Source: Minisyncoccia bacterium (GTDB taxonomy: Bacteria; Patescibacteriota; Minisyncoccia; UBA6257). From it: a stretch of 55,254 nucleotides of DNA. Position 1 is the first letter of the stretch. Every line of letters starts with the position of its first letter. Both the position numbers and the translations under genes were made by a program. The stretch covers positions 1 through 55,254 of the forward strand of contig JBMFOQ010000001.1 in the NCBI GenBank assembly GCA_049969555.1. The letters are read 5' to 3'. The notes under the pieces are model-generated. The model was not told the DNA's origin. It did no database searches and was given only the letters and a program-made list of their open reading frames with translations. This document shows positions 54,199 through 55,254 of this stretch, in pieces.

Positions 54199-55254
54199 TT
54201 ATTTATTTTTTCTTTGCTTTCTTAAAAAGGCAGGGATTTCTAATTCTTTTTCAAATTCCTCTCCTGATTCTTCTTCTTTTTCTGTTTCTGATGGGCTTTC
54301 AACAGGTACTTTTGTCGCCAAAGGAAGCGTTGGCTCATATAATTCTTTAAATTCTTCGCCTCCTAAACCAGCTATTACTGTTACTTTCACTTCGTTTTGT
54401 TTTAAATCATTGTCAAAACTTGTGCCAAAAATCACTTGTGCATCTTTGGAAGCTGTCTGGGTAATAATTCTTGAAGCATCATGAATTTCAACCAAGGTTA
54501 AATCTTTTCCGCCGCTAATATTAAATAAAATTTTTTTTGCCCCATCAATCGAAACATCTAAAAGCGGAGAAGAAATTGCCATTTGGGCTGCTTTTCTTGC
54601 CCGATTTTCGCCAGTGGCTTTGCCTATTCCCATTAAAGTGACGCCGGCGTTTGTCAAAATTGTTTTTATATTAGCATAATCTAAATTTATCAGTCCAGGA
54701 TAAAAAATAAGATCAACAATTCCTTTTACTCCCATTCTTAAAATATCATCAATTTTGGAGAATGCTTCAAGAATTGGTGTTTTCTCTTCAATCACATTAA
54801 AAACCCGGTCATTATAAATAGTAACGATTGAATCTACTTCATTATATAATCTTTGCCAAGCCTCTTCTGCTACTTCCTGTCTTTTTTCTCCTTCAAAACT
54901 AAAAGGCCGTGTTACAAAAGCAACAGTTAAAATATTTTTTTGTTTTAAAAGATTGGCAATTACTGGCGCGGCACCTGAGCCAGTTCCTCCACCCAATCCA
55001 CAAACCAAAAAAACCAAATCAGTATTATTAATCACTTTCTCTATTTCTTCTAAACTCTCTTGGGCTGCTTCTTTTCCTTTATCAGGGTCCATTCCCGCGC
55101 CCAATCCCCGACAGGTATTTTTTCCCAGTTGAATTTTAACATCTGCTTTTGTCAAACGTAAAGATTGAATATCAGTATTTAAAGCAACAAATTCTACCCC
55201 CTCAATTCTTTTTTCTTTCATTCGGGAAACCATATTCCCGCCAGCGCCTCCAAC
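54199..55254 (-). CDS. ftsZ: Cell division protein FtsZ (partial; N-terminus beyond right window edge)
   Basis: The frame is open to the window end (…GGAGGNMVSRM). GLGGGTGSGAAPVIA is the tubulin signature, NTDIQSL is present, and the acidic linker ends in IPAFLRKQ. Confidence 0.93.
   Translation of the reverse strand, partial: VGGAGGNMVSRMKEKRIEGVEFVALNTDIQSLRLTKADVKIQLGKNTCRGLGAGMDPDKGKEAAQESLEEIEKVINNTDLVFLVCGLGGGTGSGAAPVIANLLKQKNILTVAFVTRPFSFEGEKRQEVAEEAWQRLYNEVDSIVTIYNDRVFNVIEEKTPILEAFSKIDDILRMGVKGIVDLIFYPGLINLDYANIKTILTNAGVTLMGIGKATGENRARKAAQMAISSPLLDVSIDGAKKILFNISGGKDLTLVEIHDASRIITQTASKDAQVIFGTSFDNDLKQNEVKVTVIAGLGGEEFKELYEPTLPLATKVPVESPSETEKEEESGEEFEKELEIPAFLRKQRKNK

Noticed and set aside
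1-55254. Alternative genetic code (UGA or UAG/UAA reassignment, as in some CPR lineages) as an explanation for the in-frame stops in the GH3 and AbiEii genes.
   Set aside because: About 60 genes give full-length, motif-complete proteins under the standard code. TAA, TAG and TGA are all seen as genuine terminators (for example TAA for tuf, TGA for galT). The two internal stops use different codons and sit in a region with other gene damage.

Overview
This is an AT-rich, very gene-dense 55-kb chromosomal segment. Essentially every protein gene (about 60) lies on the minus strand, often with 1-4 nt start/stop overlaps. Gene content and architecture fit a streamlined bacterium of the Candidate Phyla Radiation (Patescibacteria) type using the standard code, since no UGA recoding is needed to keep ORFs intact.

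The core (10.3-26.8 kb) is the str-S10-spc ribosomal super-operon: rpsL-rpsG-fusA-tuf-rpsJ-rplCDWB-rpsS-rplV-rpsC-rplP-rpmC-rpsQ-rplNXE-rpsZ-rpsH-rplFR-rpsE-rplO-secY-adk-map. There is no room for L30, and the usual infA/rpmJ/rpsM/rpsK/rpsD/rpoA/rplQ tail is missing.

- **Left flank:** murJ (partial), a DUF4012-like envelope protein, RNase P RNA (the only plus-strand gene), a divergent UPRT-like protein, RNase HI, a DHH phosphoesterase, pgk, tpiA and galT.
- **Right flank:** an M50 protease, DUF763, uppP, an MGMT-TsaC fusion, archaeal-type AMP phosphorylase plus prs, wecB, glyA, two HD hydrolases, a tRNA-binding protein, hsp20, a decayed islet (described below), a PIG-L/P-type ATPase pair, tRNA-Pro(GGG), ferredoxin, ndk, a GAD-less aspS, a split comEC, nrdG, nrdD and ftsZ (partial).

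The items most worth a second look:
- A 321-aa LAGLIDADG-type intein inside nrdD.
- An unclassified GC-rich structured block between tRNA-Pro and the PIG-L/ATPase genes.
- A small family of long inverted repeats sharing the core CTCACTTG.
- A decayed islet at 38-42 kb: a GH3 gene with an in-frame TAA, a radC stub, AbiEii with an in-frame TAG, and AbiEi with four homopolymer frameshifts.
- The MGMT-TsaC fusion.

I did not find one clearly novel multi-gene system. The candidates are listed with what would confirm or refute them.
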